Positions 26,171 to 41,304 of a stretch of 64,000 nt of DNA are shown piece by piece. The notes below the pieces were generated by a model, which saw only the letters and a list, made by a program, of their open reading frames with translations, was not told the DNA's origin and searched no databases. How positions within the stretch are numbered: the stretch's first letter is position 1; the number at the start of each line of letters is the position of its first letter. This DNA comes from Octopus sinensis (Eukaryota). The DNA is taken from contig NW_021836130.1 of assembly GCF_006345805.1 (NCBI RefSeq), forward strand, positions 62,001 to 126,000, given 5' to 3'. Position numbers and translations under genes: made by a program.

Positions 26171-26800
26171 AAATTGTGTCTCATTCTAGTCAATTAAATA
26201 GGCATAAGAGATATCCTCTCCCATTAGTTGTGACTAATCGAGAGGAGGAAGGAGAGTCCGAAGTGAACTGAGTAGGCAAATTGTGTCTTATTCAAGTGAA
26301 CTAAATAGATAAATTTTGTCTCATTCACGTGAACTGAATAGGCATTTATTGAGAGCTATCCACTCTTCCATTAAAGATACATGAACGAATAACGAATTAT
26401 AGAAAAGCAAAATAGTTGAATAAAATTGTGTCTCAATCAAGTCAGCTATATAAGCATTTATTGAGAGCTCTCCTTTCCCATTAGTAGTAAAATACTTAAA
26501 TGAAATCGTGTCTCATTCAAGTCAACTAAATAGGCAACTTGTGTGCTATTCTAGTCAACTAAATGGGCATTTATTGAGAGCTATCCTCTTCCATTAGTAG
26601 TAAGATAGTTGAATGAAATTGTGTATCATTTTGGTCAACAAAATAGACAAATTTTGTCTCATTCAAGTGAACTGAATGGGCATTTAAAAACTATCCACTC
26701 TCCCATTAGTAGCAAGATACTGAAATGAAATTGTGTTTTTAGTCAACTAAATACGCATTTGAGAGTTATCCATTGAAATTGTGTCTTATTCAAGTCAAAC
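26171..26800. repeat. Tandem array of a 33-bp unit (AAATTGTGTCTCATTCAAGTCAACTAAATAGGC) with a recurring 47-bp linker
   Basis: Unit starts at about 26171, 26278, 26311, 26423, 26503, 26536, 26616, 26649, 26728, 26776; spacing often alternates 33 and 80 bp. Confidence 0.9.
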
Positions 26801-27152
26801 TATTTTATCAAAGCAAAAATCAAAAAAATTAGTTAGATTAATAATTATTCTCTTTTTATCATTCATAATGAAAAATTTATTTCAGATATTCAATCATTTT
26901 AAACAGCCGTTAAATATGATAATTAATTAACAATTAATGATAAATTCATGATCGACACCGAATAATTACATTTTTTAATTTTACTAATATTAAACTTGTT
27001 CTAACCCTCTTCTGATATAGTTTTTTGTTCTTTGTGTAATTTCATTATCAAATCCGCGACTCTTTACTAAATCTTTGGGTATTTAAAAGCTATCCACTCT
27101 CCATTAAAGATACATGAACGAATTATAGAAAAGCATTTAAAACAGAATGAAC

Positions 27153-28182
27153 TTAGGTCATATATTGGTTAAAAATTGTCTTTATTTGGGCCAACTCGGC
27201 TTCCTGAGATTTGAAAATCAGAAAACCTTGGCATTGAGACAACTCACCAAATAGGCATTCTTCATCTCAATCTTGCGATAATTTTCCTCGACAGCAGCCA
27301 CATCAGTGCTATGTTGATTGCCCATTTCACAAATAGCCGAATTAGCCCTACAACCATAATACACCCATCCTAACTCCTCAAGCTTATTCTGCGCCTTCTC
27401 CAACAACAAATTATATTTTTCTGTCAGTTTTTCTACTTCTTTGTTCAACAAGCCATTCGTCGACTCCAGTTCTGACCGAGCCTATCGAATAGACCCCTCT
27501 CCCAAACTTGCTCAGACTCTACCAGGAGACCACGAGCCTTCTCAAATCGGTCGTGGAGGTTGTGAAATGAGGCTTCCAGTGCCGTGTAGTCATTCTTCAT
27601 ACATTCCACGTTTTTCTTCAAATTGAGCTCAGATTCTCGCCATTTCGCAACCTCCGACTCATATTTGTCTATTTTTTGGCAAAAAAACTCCAAACACATA
27701 ATTTCAAGGGTCGTTGATTTATACAGTGCTAAAAGCTGGTCTGCCAGAGTCCTTTTAGGGACATTCACCTCAGGAGACTGCTCCGGGAAGTCAGAAATGG
27801 CGGGAAATTCTATCGAATTGAGGTTTGTGCTGGAAGCTATAAAAGGATCGCCATTTTCTGGAGTAGGAATGTGGAGAGGGTCAAAATCCCGGAATATTGA
27901 GCTGGAGAGGGGCTTTGGGGACTACAGAAATGCTTAATGCCCTCATACTTGTATCATATTTGTGTCTAAAAGATTATCTTATTAAATAAACCGTCGTTTT
28001 GTGTGTCTATAAGAATATGTCGAGTACTAAAATGTGATATTAATTAATTGCCTATCTTCCCGACTGAGGGGTGATTTGTAGTTGAATGATGTGATTTTGA
28101 GGTTAGTCTGGCTGTCTGAGGTTTTGTTTGACTGGTCAGACTCCAAACAATTGTTTAGGCAATCTTCTGTTGAATTTTCCAT
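27153..28182 (-). CDS. TACC: Short transforming acidic coiled-coil (TACC) domain protein
   Basis: LEASFHNLHDRFEKARGLL..., EKYNLLLEKAQNKLEE|ANSAI resemble the TACC C-terminal domain; exons joined through 23-26 nt introns. Confidence 0.7.
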
Positions 28183-29639
28183 ACCACAACAAGAATAAGG
28201 GAATTTTATTTTAAATATTTGATTAAAAATTATTTACAAAAATTTAATTTTTGATTGAGTAATATTAAAAACAAGATACACAAGTCGGTAGTTATTAACG
28301 GAAATAGATTTTATCAGTATTTTTGGTTTGTTTTTGGTCGCGTTATTAAGAGTAGTCCATCCCTGATTGACTTATTTTTTAACGAGTTACAGTTATTAGG
28401 ACTTTCTCGATTCTGTACTATAAATTGGTATTTTTGAGACTGTGAACTCATTTAGGCAGAATATGTTTTTTCTAATTGCAGAAAGATTAGTTTATTTATT
28501 ACTCAAAAATTCATCTTAATGACGCTGGTTAACCAATCAGCTGGTGCTCGTTGTCTGAGAGAAGGGTATTTATAAAGATTATCCTGATTAGTTCTGGTTT
28601 TGGGGGTGAGTCTCTCTCGAGTTTGTCAAAAAGTAAGTTGGTTTTTTATTATTTACATCCTGGATACTTTTCTGTATTGCAGGATCTGCACTTTTTTTGG
28701 TTTTTGAGACTGAATTTCATTTGTTTATCATAATTGAAGATTCCACCTTTCTGTGGTGTTACATTGACAACTGGCATTAACGCTACTTTTGATAAGGCGC
28801 TAGCATCTTATCAACTATTTCTTCTAGATAATGTTTGAGCTTTTTTATTTTAATATAAGAACCAAAATTATGTGAGCGGTGATTTGAATTTTCACTTGAT
28901 ATCAAAAATAAAATGTTTGTCAGACAACAAGTAAGTTGTTCCGACAGTAAATAAACTTCAAAAAAGTTAATCAAATTTAAATTGACTAATTTTGACTTAG
29001 TTAAAATCAGGATGTAAACGTGTATAAGAAAATGGCTATTAAAAGAATTAAATCGAACAATTATGGATGGATGTGACCATTTGTGTTCTCGAGAATAAAC
29101 GATTTAATAAAAAAAGATTATAAAAACAAATATCGGATTAGCCTCTTTGGAGATTTAGTTAAACAATTTATTTTTATTTTATAGAAATTTCAAAAGAAAA
29201 CCTCGATTCGATCGATCAGTAATGAAATTTTTACTTAATATAAATTGCAAAAATGACATAATAAGTAATATAAATTAAACTCGCCTTGTTTAAACATGCG
29301 CTAAAATATTTAGTGCATTTTAATCAGCAACCTAAAATTCACGTATTAGAAAAATTGTTTGAAATACATTAACAATACAAAACAACGACATGAATTACTA
29401 ATACATTTAAATTAAACATTAAAACCCGGATTTTCAAAATAAATCAATTTTTAATTCTTTCATATTAAAAATCAAAGAAAGATCCAAAAACACAAATAAA
29501 AAAGACAATACATTTTTTATTTGTAATATAATTGTGAATCCTAAATTCGACAATTTTGCTTTTATTGTGAACAGTATTATTTAACATTCAATCGTCAATT
29601 TCATTTAAATAAACCCTAATCTAATATTTTCCAAATAAA

Positions 29640-30220
29640 AAAACCCAAGCATGGGCCTAAGCTTGAAGGACAAGTCCGAAATGCTAATTTAATTCTATCG
29701 ACTGCCGGAGACACATTCTCGACCAGATCCATCGCACGAAGATGCACTCCACCCCCCAAACCTGTGCCGTCAGTGTACAGCATAAGCATGCCAATAATGA
29801 GTAGAATATGACATTGATGGGTTGTTGTTTCTGCATTATGGGTGAGTACGACAACTCACTCGCCACATTAACAGACAAATCGAACTTCTTCATTAACGTG
29901 CAGGGACCAGTTCTTAAATTCGTTATGAATTTTTTTCATAAACAAGTTAAAGATCTTTTTCTGACACAAAATCTGTATCATATAATTCAATTGGCATTAA
30001 TTCTCCAGAAATAGTTCTGAGAGCTTTCAGTAGACTCCAGGTATATGATGAATAAAACTGAAGATAGGTAGTCCCCCTGTGGTGTTCCAATTCAACCCAT
30101 ATAATAAAATTCTGTATTGGGGAATAGAAAAAGAATCAGCCTCTATTATCTTTATCAAATCCGGGACCAGATCTCCTGAACAAAGCTGATTGCCTTTTCA
30201 CCCAAGGAATCGGAAGTCTC
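29640..30220 (-). mobile_element. Degenerate non-LTR RT fragments
   Basis: IGTPQGDYLSSVLFIIYL near 30040-30095; remainder decayed. Confidence 0.5.
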
Positions 30221-30249
30221 ATCTGCGAATAAATAACAATTCAGCATGT

Positions 30250-31210
30250 CTTTGGGAATCAATTTCGTTCACAACATGGAATAATATTCCAATAAATTTA
30301 CTGTGATAACTAATTTTATGACTTAAACAATTGTCAAAAATCAATAATATTTTCCTGTTTAACTTTATGTTTATATCTAGCAACAATAAATTGAATTCAT
30401 TTGAATTTATACATGAAAAAAGTGGTAAAAATAGAAAAAACATAAGAAAAACAGAATTTCAATTTTTTGGTAAAAAAGAGAGTGGCAAATCATAGAGGTG
30501 GTAAATTAGGGAGATTTGACTGTAAAACAGAATTTCGAATTGTAAGAGTGGTAAAAAGTGACTCTTCAATTTTTCTAAATTTCTAAAAAACATCAAAAGT
30601 ATTTGCTGACCCCTGACCTAGGCGATCTTGTGACAACTGTTTTACTTGGAAAATATCAGATTCGGACACAATCAAATTATTAGATTAATATTTAAACCTT
30701 CCCCTGAATTCAGTAAACTCTTTTATTATGAAGTAGATATTACAAGGTGTTTTTTCATCCATTTTTAGAATGTGTTTAAAGGGCCCTTCCCCGCTTTTCC
30801 CCACATCAATGCTTATGGCCGCGAACTGCACATCTTGTAAAGACTTTCATTTGATACTCTTCCTGGAAAAAATATGTTACCGATTCTTCTTAACTGGATT
30901 CTGTGGAAAGAATCCAGCGACATGAATAACTTTTTGGTATATCTTCAGGTACCGGAGTCTAATTAAACACAATTTTAATATCAGGAGAATTTTTCTGCTC
31001 GATGGAAAAAGAATAGCTGAAGAGTTTATTCTTTTTGACTAAGCATTTTCTTTTTATTGACTTAAAGCTTATTTCCGCATTTCTGCTCTCACAGGCGACG
31101 CCCGCGAATCAAGATGGTTTTTCAAGCGGATATCCCTCGCGATAATACGCTCTAATTATTTCTCGATCGCGTCGGCTTCCCGTCCATGAAGTTTAGTTTC
31201 GGATTACATT
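30250..31210 (-). mobile_element. Decayed DNA-transposon fragments (pogo-like DDE and Tc1-like)
   Basis: NRKILLIFDNCLSH near 30320-30365; adjacent stop-riddled transposase-like sequence. Confidence 0.4.
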
Positions 31211-31358
31211 TTTTATGTGACTCAACTCACTATTTTTGTGTCGTAAGATTGAAGAAAAAATAGAAAAATCAAAATCTAATATTTTTTTATTACCAAAAAC
31301 AGCTAAACTGCTTTATAGGGTTCAATGATATAAAGTCTGTTTAAAAAAAACGTTTGGA

Positions 31359-32180
31359 ATGTTGGGACATCCTCAGTCGCCTGTTGTGCTCGAAAGTCTC
31401 GGTTTGCTTCATTCCACATTGATTTACTTCAATTTTGGAGTGGTGGTTTGTGCAATTTATAGAATGGTATTGTGTTGTCTGATTGAGTAGATTCCTGCTG
31501 TGATGAGAGTGGCTGGATTGGACTGTTCGAGTAAGATTAGGATCAGAAGAAGACGAATTTTGACAAAAGCATGTAAAATGATTGGGTTGTCTCGTGCCTG
31601 TTACGATGTTGTTTTTTCAAACAGAACTCAGTGCAGGGTCAGTCACATCCCAAGATTCCGTGCCGGGTGTTAAATAAAATTAAGTTCAAGCCCGGCTGTC
31701 CAGACTATGGAAAATACGTCTATGAAGAGCTGGATTAGCCGGCTTCAGATGGAGATCAGGAGAGAAATCCGTGAAATCGAAAGTCCACGGTAAGAGCGGG
31801 CCTGCAGACTAGTTGAGAGGCGCTTCCCAGATTTCTGGAAACAATTGAAGATTCTGTCGGGAGAGAGGTCAACTTTGACTGCATTGTCGTTGCTCACGAC
31901 GAAATTGACATCTGGAAAAAAGGGGCAGGCGGATTTCAAAATGGCTGTACTCATCTTCGTTAGATTATCCAGTTAGGTGGTTCAGCCTTTCAAAGAGGAG
32001 TCGTCACTAAAAGATATTGTCATTGACGACAAAAGCTGTGTTTCCGTTCTTGTTCTTGCCTTTAATTGGTGTGTACTGTTTTGTTATTTTGGTGAGTGTG
32101 TTGCTGTTGTGGATCAGAGTATCGCCGACGGAATGGCGTATGACTTCATAGAGAAGTGGAAAGAGTCAATGACTCTATAA
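31359..32180 (+). CDS. Probable unidentified multi-exon gene or pseudogene
   Basis: GC-richer block with GT..AG micro-intron candidates; last exons read RFPDFWKQLKIL...FKMA|VVQPFKEE...DFIEKWKESMTL; 5' structure unresolved. Confidence 0.4.
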
Positions 32181-32334
32181 GAGGGCGATTCCGATTTCGG
32201 AATTTTTGGAGAGCAAGAAGATAAATTCTGTAATATAGATAAACGATGATAGATAAGTAATTATTTGTGACATATTGTTGATTTGTTTGTTGTTTAATCA
32301 TTATAAAATTTGGAAATGTTTCTGTCGTTAAAAA

Positions 32335-32794
32335 TATTCAAAGGCTCGAATAGAATCAGTATCGAGTGTGTATTTACTGCTGGGAGTATAAATGTGTTAT
32401 AAAGGATGCAGGCGAATATATTGATGGAATATGAGTTGGATGAGGCAGAAGCATTTTTAGACAAAAATTATAAGGAAGCACTCAGACAGATTTGCAAGTT
32501 AGATGATCGACTCAACTATATTCAGGACCAGAAGACTATTCTGGAAGTCAATATGAGCAGGATCTTTATTTGGCAAACAAATCGTGATAAAAATGTCTAA
32601 TTTGTTTGATTATTATGCTCTTATTTGTTTTTTTATTTTTTGAGAGGACTTGGTGATTTTTGGACAGGGAATATATACAGGGAAAGATGAAACCTTATTT
32701 TTGTGTTCTTTTTTTGTATCATTGTAGACAATATACCAAAAAATTAGGACAATTTTTTTATTTTTGACATATGAATTTTTAGCACGTGCCATTG
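32335..32794 (+). pseudogene. VBP1: Duplicated 3' part of prefoldin 3 (intron, last exon and 3' flank)
   Basis: Near-identical to 20081-20547 including the 26-nt intron; 5' exons absent. Confidence 0.9.
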
Positions 32795-34610
32795 AGCAAG
32801 AGGATAAATTCTGAGATAGATAAACGATGGTAAATAAGAATCATATATGTAATAATGTTTATTTTAGATGTGTTTGAAGCAAATGTAATATTACTTGTGA
32901 CATATTGTTGATTTGTTTGGAAATGTTTCTGTTGTTTAAAAGATGCTGTTTTGGAAAAACTGACATAATAAGCAGTAAAAAATAGTAATGATGTTGATAA
33001 AGTGGAAGGTATAATTTTCTGTAAATACAAAGTTGTGCATAAAAATTCGAAATTTGATTATATTAAAATAATGATTATTACTCACTTTTTCTAATAAAAA
33101 AGTAAATGTATTATTATTTTTGCTGACTATTTTTTGATTAATATGTTACTTGTGAGAGAAATATTATCAGATATTTTTGTATTAGTATATTATAAACCAA
33201 GTTACATTCATTATATAGTCAATTATTATATAATAACATTACATGATTGATTAATTTTTAAAATATTTAAATAGTAAATCAGCAATGATTGGCGTAATTG
33301 GAGGCTTCGTATACAATAATTTTTTAGACCAAAAATATTTATTGAAAAGAGTTATTACTTGACAGAAAGCACAAAGCGAAATCACCTTAGAGATTTCTTC
33401 TCTATTCAATCCATAATTGAGATTTCTTAATTTCGAAAAAAGCCGGTCTCTCCCAAAGTGGTAATGTTCCGCCTAACTTTTATTTTTGCACCTCAACGCA
33501 CTTTAATTCGATTTCATCTTCACAGAAAAAACGCAAATTAAGCCCATTCTTTCAAAAATATGTTTTTCCATCTTCAAAATAGATATTTATTATGTCAGAC
33601 TAATTTTTTAAATTTCTAGCGTATTTTATTCGGACTGTGACATATAATAAAAAATAAAACCAATTTTTATTTTCTAATGAAAATAAATTATTTTATTGCA
33701 GGTATTGGAAAAGCTGCTCAAACTTCTTTAAGTCCTCATCCCAAATATGTCCAACCCATCCTGCTTCATCAATTTTAAGATTGTAGAATATTTAGAAAGG
33801 TTGTTTTTTTCTTGTAATTATTAGTTTCTGTGTGCAGGCCGTCTTTTTAAAGATTCGCCGTGTGTTTATTAAGCTTCTTACAAGGGAGAAGATAAATAAA
33901 TATAGTTTTTTCGGAATTTTGAAGAGGATAATCTTCAATTTTATGCTGATTTGAAACATAAAGCAAACTATTGCCTAAGAAGAGTAATATTTCGTTCAAT
34001 ACAGAACATTTTAAAACACACAATTATCATCACTTTTGTGAAAAAGCGTTTTTTGTGTCCGGAGCTTTCTTTTATATTTAAGACCGCTGCCAAAATCCTC
34101 AAAAATCTTTTTTAAGATTCTTATTTTAATGACCTATTCAGAAAATCTATCGGACTATTAGGATCTCACTAATAGATTCAGTTGTATATTTCGTTTTGCA
34201 GTCAAGTGATGAAAATTTCGACTCTCTAAAAATAATTTTCAAAAACTGGGGACCCCGGAAGAAGTTATGTTATTATTATAACCAAGATCACCGTCCAAAA
34301 TCATAGAACTAATTAATCAGGTGATCCCGACTTCTCTGAGGAGGGTCCGAAGAAGTTATGTGGAATGATAAAAATAATAATGAGTCAGATTCTCAACCAA
34401 GTTTAACCACAAAGTCTAGAAATAGAAACATTAACTTCATTCCAGGTTTCTGACAAATTATAAATAAAACTCGATTGATTTTTCAATTTGTGTTTTTTAT
34501 TTTCAAATTATCTTGTTCAAAGCAAATTAAAAGTCAAATCACTACAATCTTCAGATTAGAAAAAAATAAACAACAAAAATGAAATGACCAAAAAAAGTAA
34601 TTAATGTAAA

Positions 34611-36114
<1,504 letters not shown>

Positions 36115-36453
36115 TTGTGTAACAATGTGATATATTACTTGTATTAATTTAAAATTATTTATAATATTCTAATAGTCTACATCTTAATTACATTTTATAA
36201 AAATAAATGTAAATGTTGATTAATTATAGTAACCAAGCAATGATGAATTAGTTAGAAGAACTACTTTAATATTCAAAAATGTCTGTTTAATTAAAACCAA
36301 TTTATCGGTTAAATAAATATTATTTACTTATTAATAAATATATATTCATAAATTATATAAAATAATAAATAAATTATGAACAAGCGGTCGTTTTAAGTTG
36401 TGGTAGTGTTTTCCATATCTTATACATTTATATATATATTATTAGTAGAATAA
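36115..36453. promoter_or_regulatory. AT-rich spacer between divergent PSMC2 and KIF21, probably a shared promoter region
   Basis: Head-to-head start codons about 340 bp apart. Confidence 0.5.
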
Positions 36454-39400
36454 ATGAATAAATTGAACGAGAATTCGAAAGTTAAGGTGGCCATTCGGTA
36501 AATAAATTTCAATCACCACCAGTGTCCGTCCTCTCACCGGGAGTGAGTTATGTGAGGAATATCCCTACTACACTGAAGTCCTACCTGAGACCTCCCAAAT
36601 ATTGTTGGGAGGCAATAAATATTTCACTTTCGACCACGTTTTTGGGGTCAAATCCAATCAATCTCAAATCTATTCCTCAATCGCCCACAATTTAGTGGAA
36701 GGGTATTTCCCTATCTAATTGTAGGTCCTTCGAAGGCTACAATGCCACAATCCTCGCATATGGACAGGTTTTATAACTCCTTTCTACTTTAGACCGGTTC
36801 TGGGAAGACTTTCTCGATGGGCTCGTCCTTCAACGTGGATTTGAAGGAAGACCAAGTGGGGATAATTCCTCGTGCTCTTTCTCATTTATTTTCGGGGATT
36901 AAAGCACGTTCTGAGTCAGAATTCAAACTGTCCATCCAATTTGTCGAGGTTTGTCAGGTCAGTTCAATTTGGCAGATTTACAACGAGGAAATCAGAGATT
37001 TGTTGGACATTGGCACAAAAGTAGTCCAAAATGGTCATATCGTAGAATAAAAGTCAAATAAAAATCCACGAGGACTCCCAGGGAGGAATATATTTGGTGG
37101 GGGCAACCATGAAGGTGGTGACTGACTTGGAACAAGTGACAAACCAACTCAGAATGGGTTGTGATCAGAGAACGACAGGAAGTACTAACATGAACAACCA
37201 ATCTTCTCGTTCTCATGCAATATTTTCTATTTTAATTAACCAAGAGAAAGTCATTGAGTTGGAAAAAGTTGATTAATTAGTCTGATTGGATCAGGGTGAG
37301 TCACACAAGGAGATTCTCACATCTAAATTTAATTTTGTGGATCTTGCTGGGTCAGAACGACTAAAAAGGACTGGTGCGACTGGAGAGAGGGCAAAGGAGG
37401 GGATTTCTATAAATTGTGGACTGGTTTGGTGTGTTTGGAGGACTCTAGTTTGCATTGGGCAACGTAATCTCAGCTTTGGCTGATAAAATGAAGACAGGGA
37501 CATTTGTGCCTTATCGGACTTCAAAGCTGACTCGAATATTGCAGGATTCGCTTGGGGGGAATAGTCGGACTGTCATGTTGGCGTGTGTTTCCCCCTCTGT
37601 CCGTGACTGTATTGAGACAACTGGGACAGTCGAATATGCAAATAGAGCAAAGAATATAGAAAATAAGGCAACAGTCAACCAAGATCTCAATAGTCGGGAA
37701 ATTATGACTCTTCGGACACAAATATTGAAATTGCAGAAGGAGTTGGCCAGTTGTGGGGTATTTGGACTTGTGGTGGACTGGTAGAATTCGGATGGGATGA
37801 GACTGAGACTGATTGACCTAGAAATGGAGAATTCGCAGCTTCACCAGCAAATAAGTGAACAGAAGCTAGAAATTAGTCGTCATATTTCCCGTTTTGAAGA
37901 GATTCAGATCAATTCAGATAAAAATAGGCTGGAAGAATATTTGGCAGGTGAGTTGTGTGATTTGAGTGTAGTGTGTGGTGGGGAGGACATGGGTTGTTCG
38001 GATATTATCATAAAAGAACTAATAGAAGAGAACTCGTCACTCAAGTAATCTCATTTGAGTAATGTGAAGGAATAAAATATTTGATTTGGAGTCACTCAAA
38101 CATGATGACAAAACACCCGACACTGATGTGAGTGGTCTAAATGAATTAATAGATTAATCAACTCATCCAAACAGTGCGCAGACAAAGAGAGGAATCTACA
38201 AGAATGTGTTCTGATACGTAAATAATAAGCAAATTAGTTAATTTATTAGACAAAGTGAGGATATGGAGAGCAGAGAGGAAGATAACACGTTGATTGAGAG
38301 AGATGGGACTGTGGACGGCATTTCTGATTCCAGTCAAATGGTCAGTCTGGCACAGGAGATTGAGTCGAAAGAAAGGCTGATTCGAGTGATTGAAACCTCC
38401 CGTATTCGCTGCAAAGAGATGGAGACTTGTTACGAGACTAAAATAGGAGCAATGCTCAGCAAAATAAAGTCCTTGGAGCAAGAACGTGATTTGATATCAA
38501 GACGAAACAGCAGTAAATTAACCTCTGTAATACTCAATAGACAAGAAGGATGTCCGTTCTAACGAGAGAGTGGAGGAATGTGAGAAGAAGATCGCAGAAT
38601 TAAATAGTTGTGTTCAGAAATACAAGTCATTACTGCGAGAGAAGACACAGCAACTCAAAATCACTGCCACTTCTGAGCGGGACCTTCAAATGCTGAAGAA
38701 AGAATTGGCGGAGATGAAGAAATTAAAGGTGTATTGTGAAATATATTTAAGGTCAATATGATGAAGAAAATGAGAGAGGAAGCCACTCGGAGTCGACAGA
38801 GGGATGTGGGTCATACCAAAGAAGTCAATCAACTCGAAAGGAAGTTTCAGCGAACATTGTCTGATAACAGAAGTCTAAAAATTGGGTTGGAGCAGAAAGA
38901 CTCGTTGCTAAAGAGGAAGCAGGCCGATGTTGGAGTGTGGTGGATTAACTAATTAGATTGAGAGTCTGAGAAGGAAGAATAGGCTAATCAGTGTGGAGGC
39001 GACTAAATCGAGTATGACTGTGTTATTTATGCTTAGATAGGAGAAAGATATTGAAGGAATTGGTCGACAAGAACATAAAAACAGTGGAGGATTGGATTTC
39101 CAACATGAGTGGACATCAAGTGACAATCAACAATATAGAAAAGGACATGTTCAGTTGGGTTAAGGTAGTTTGAGAACATTCTAGTCCTTCTAGAAACAAA
39201 ATTCATATAAAAAACGGCTTGTATCATTAAGGGAGAAGAGATCACGTCTCCCTGCTCATAAAACAGTTGGTTATGAATTATGACGAGAAGGATAAGGCTG
39301 ATTTGCTGGATACAAAGATATCCTCGGTGGAGTCTACGATTGAGTTTATAAGCAGTCACGTGAAGGATTGTCAGTCAAAGATAACACATTTCATGTCCAA

Positions 39401-41304
39401 AAAGGTGGAGTGTGAATTATGAGTATAGAATGAATTTGGGTCTGCCGACGAGTTGTCCTCCAGTCTATGTGATTATTTACAGAATTCTGAGGATATCAAG
39501 CCGATTCTGGTCAATATCCTCGAGAACATGATCGAGAAGGCTGATTGTTGTAGACTAATAGACAGATTGTGCAGTTGGAGAAGACCATTGTGGATAATAA
39601 GGCACTTCGTGCGAGAATTTCCAAATTGGACGCACGGAGTAGTTTCAGGGCGGAATTGTATGGCAATCTGATGGACTTGGTGCCCAACGACGAAGACAAG
39701 TTGAATATTGACTTGAGTTTCCTCGGAGATGACGTGTCTGATCCAGATTTCGACGATGAAGAAGGTTGAGTGACTAATATTCCTCCCAGAGACCGAGGAT
39801 GAATTTGACGGAGACATTCCTTCCACAACCAATCCTAATGAACTGTATTACCTTATGATTCACACTGCAGGACAGTTCAAGTTGGTGTCGTCCAAGATGT
39901 TGGTATTTTGGTTTAGTTTTAGGAAGTTATTCCAAGAAAACACAGACTGACTGCCATGCCCTCGATGATTGACACTTTGTCCAGGTGGTTGAACTGTTGT
40001 TGCATGTTTAGTACTATTGCTACGTCGTCGAGTGGAAGTGTTGTACCTGTGCCTCATCACATGTTCATCAAGTCGGCCAGTCACACTTTCTCTATCTCAG
40101 ATGTACAGAAAATAAAGGACGCGATGGAGAGGTAGTGTCCATCCTCAACTTTAGTTCTCGGTTTTCCCACTTTTCTGAAGGAAAGAGCGGACCCAAGTCC
40201 TTATTCCTGGAGAATGTGTTCGAAATAAGAGGGCCACGTGGGGGAATTGTGTCAATGAGTGCCAGTCAGGATAGACTTGTCAGTTCTAGCAAGGGTTACT
40301 CTCAATAACTGATTCCAGACTGTTCGAATAATTTGTGGGATTTGGAGGCGTTTTGTGAAGTGCAGACTTACAGTGGATACCCCCACGTCACGAGGAATAT
40401 CAACCTTTCCCCCGAACTGAGGATGGTGGTCATGACGGCTTCGTACTGCTCAATGGTGTGGGACATTCGAGAGCCTGCTAAAAAGAAATTTTCTATTTTT
40501 TGGTTATTTTTACATTTTGAGTGTCAGTTCTGATGGAAGTGTATTCAGGAATGCACAAAGTTTTAATGAAATGCCCAACGCTTGTTCGACGCCGTTGGTT
40601 GTGTGTTTATCTGTGGATAGACTAAGTCTGTATTCTTCTCATTCCAATGTTGTGAATGTCTGGATTTGTCCAGGTTTGCACATTGGGTCATTATTTTAGA
40701 ATGGAAGCACGTCCCAATACATTTATGTGCGACTCTTTGATTGTATTTTTGCTTGAGGTGGTCATTGAGGATGTTCTTTATCTCATTGCTGCTTTGAAAG
40801 ATCGAACTCTTTGTGTATATTTTGGGAGAATAACTTGATAAGGTGTTTAATGTGAAAGGGGACACTTTTGGGGAGGTTCACCCCAGATGTGTTGTTCGCA
40901 CTCCCCACAATGATAGAATTGTCCATCTATATGTGATTGGGAGTTTTCTATTCTCAGTAAGTCATGACGGGTGTGTGTGTAAATGGGATGTGAGGGATTC
41001 GTTAAGAATAGTCAATGTGATGTCTATGGTTATATTTCTAGAGGAATGTTCTGGAACATTCTGGAAGGAGTATTCAGTGTGTCCACGATATTCCGTTTTT
41101 GGAGAATGCGTTTGTTAGTGGGTGTCGGAATAGTGTGGTCAAAGTGTGGAATTCGGAGTCGATGGAGTGCAATGACTCGTTTAAAATTAGTGACAAGGGG
41201 ATTAATTGTTTTGCTGTAAATAATGATGCTCTTTTTATCGGATTGGAGTTTGATTTTTTATTTAATATTTTAGTTTCATTTCTGCATGGAAGAACAGGAT
41301 GTAG
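36454..41304 (+). CDS. KIF21: Kinesin-4 family KIF21-like motor with coiled coil and C-terminal WD40 repeats
   Basis: VKVAIR|VRPL, AYGQ|[54 protein letters not shown]; WD40-like C-terminus; many micro-introns. Confidence 0.88.

Noticed and set aside
26171-26800. CRISPR array
   Set aside because: The context is eukaryotic, there are no cas genes, the repeats are degenerate and most linkers are copies of one another.
28250-28780. Possible small minus-strand gene upstream of TACC
   Set aside because: No consistent exon chain or recognisable motif could be built.
36225-36245. Possible RFX X-box (gtaaccaagcaat)
   Set aside because: An imperfect single match in AT-rich DNA with no supporting evidence.
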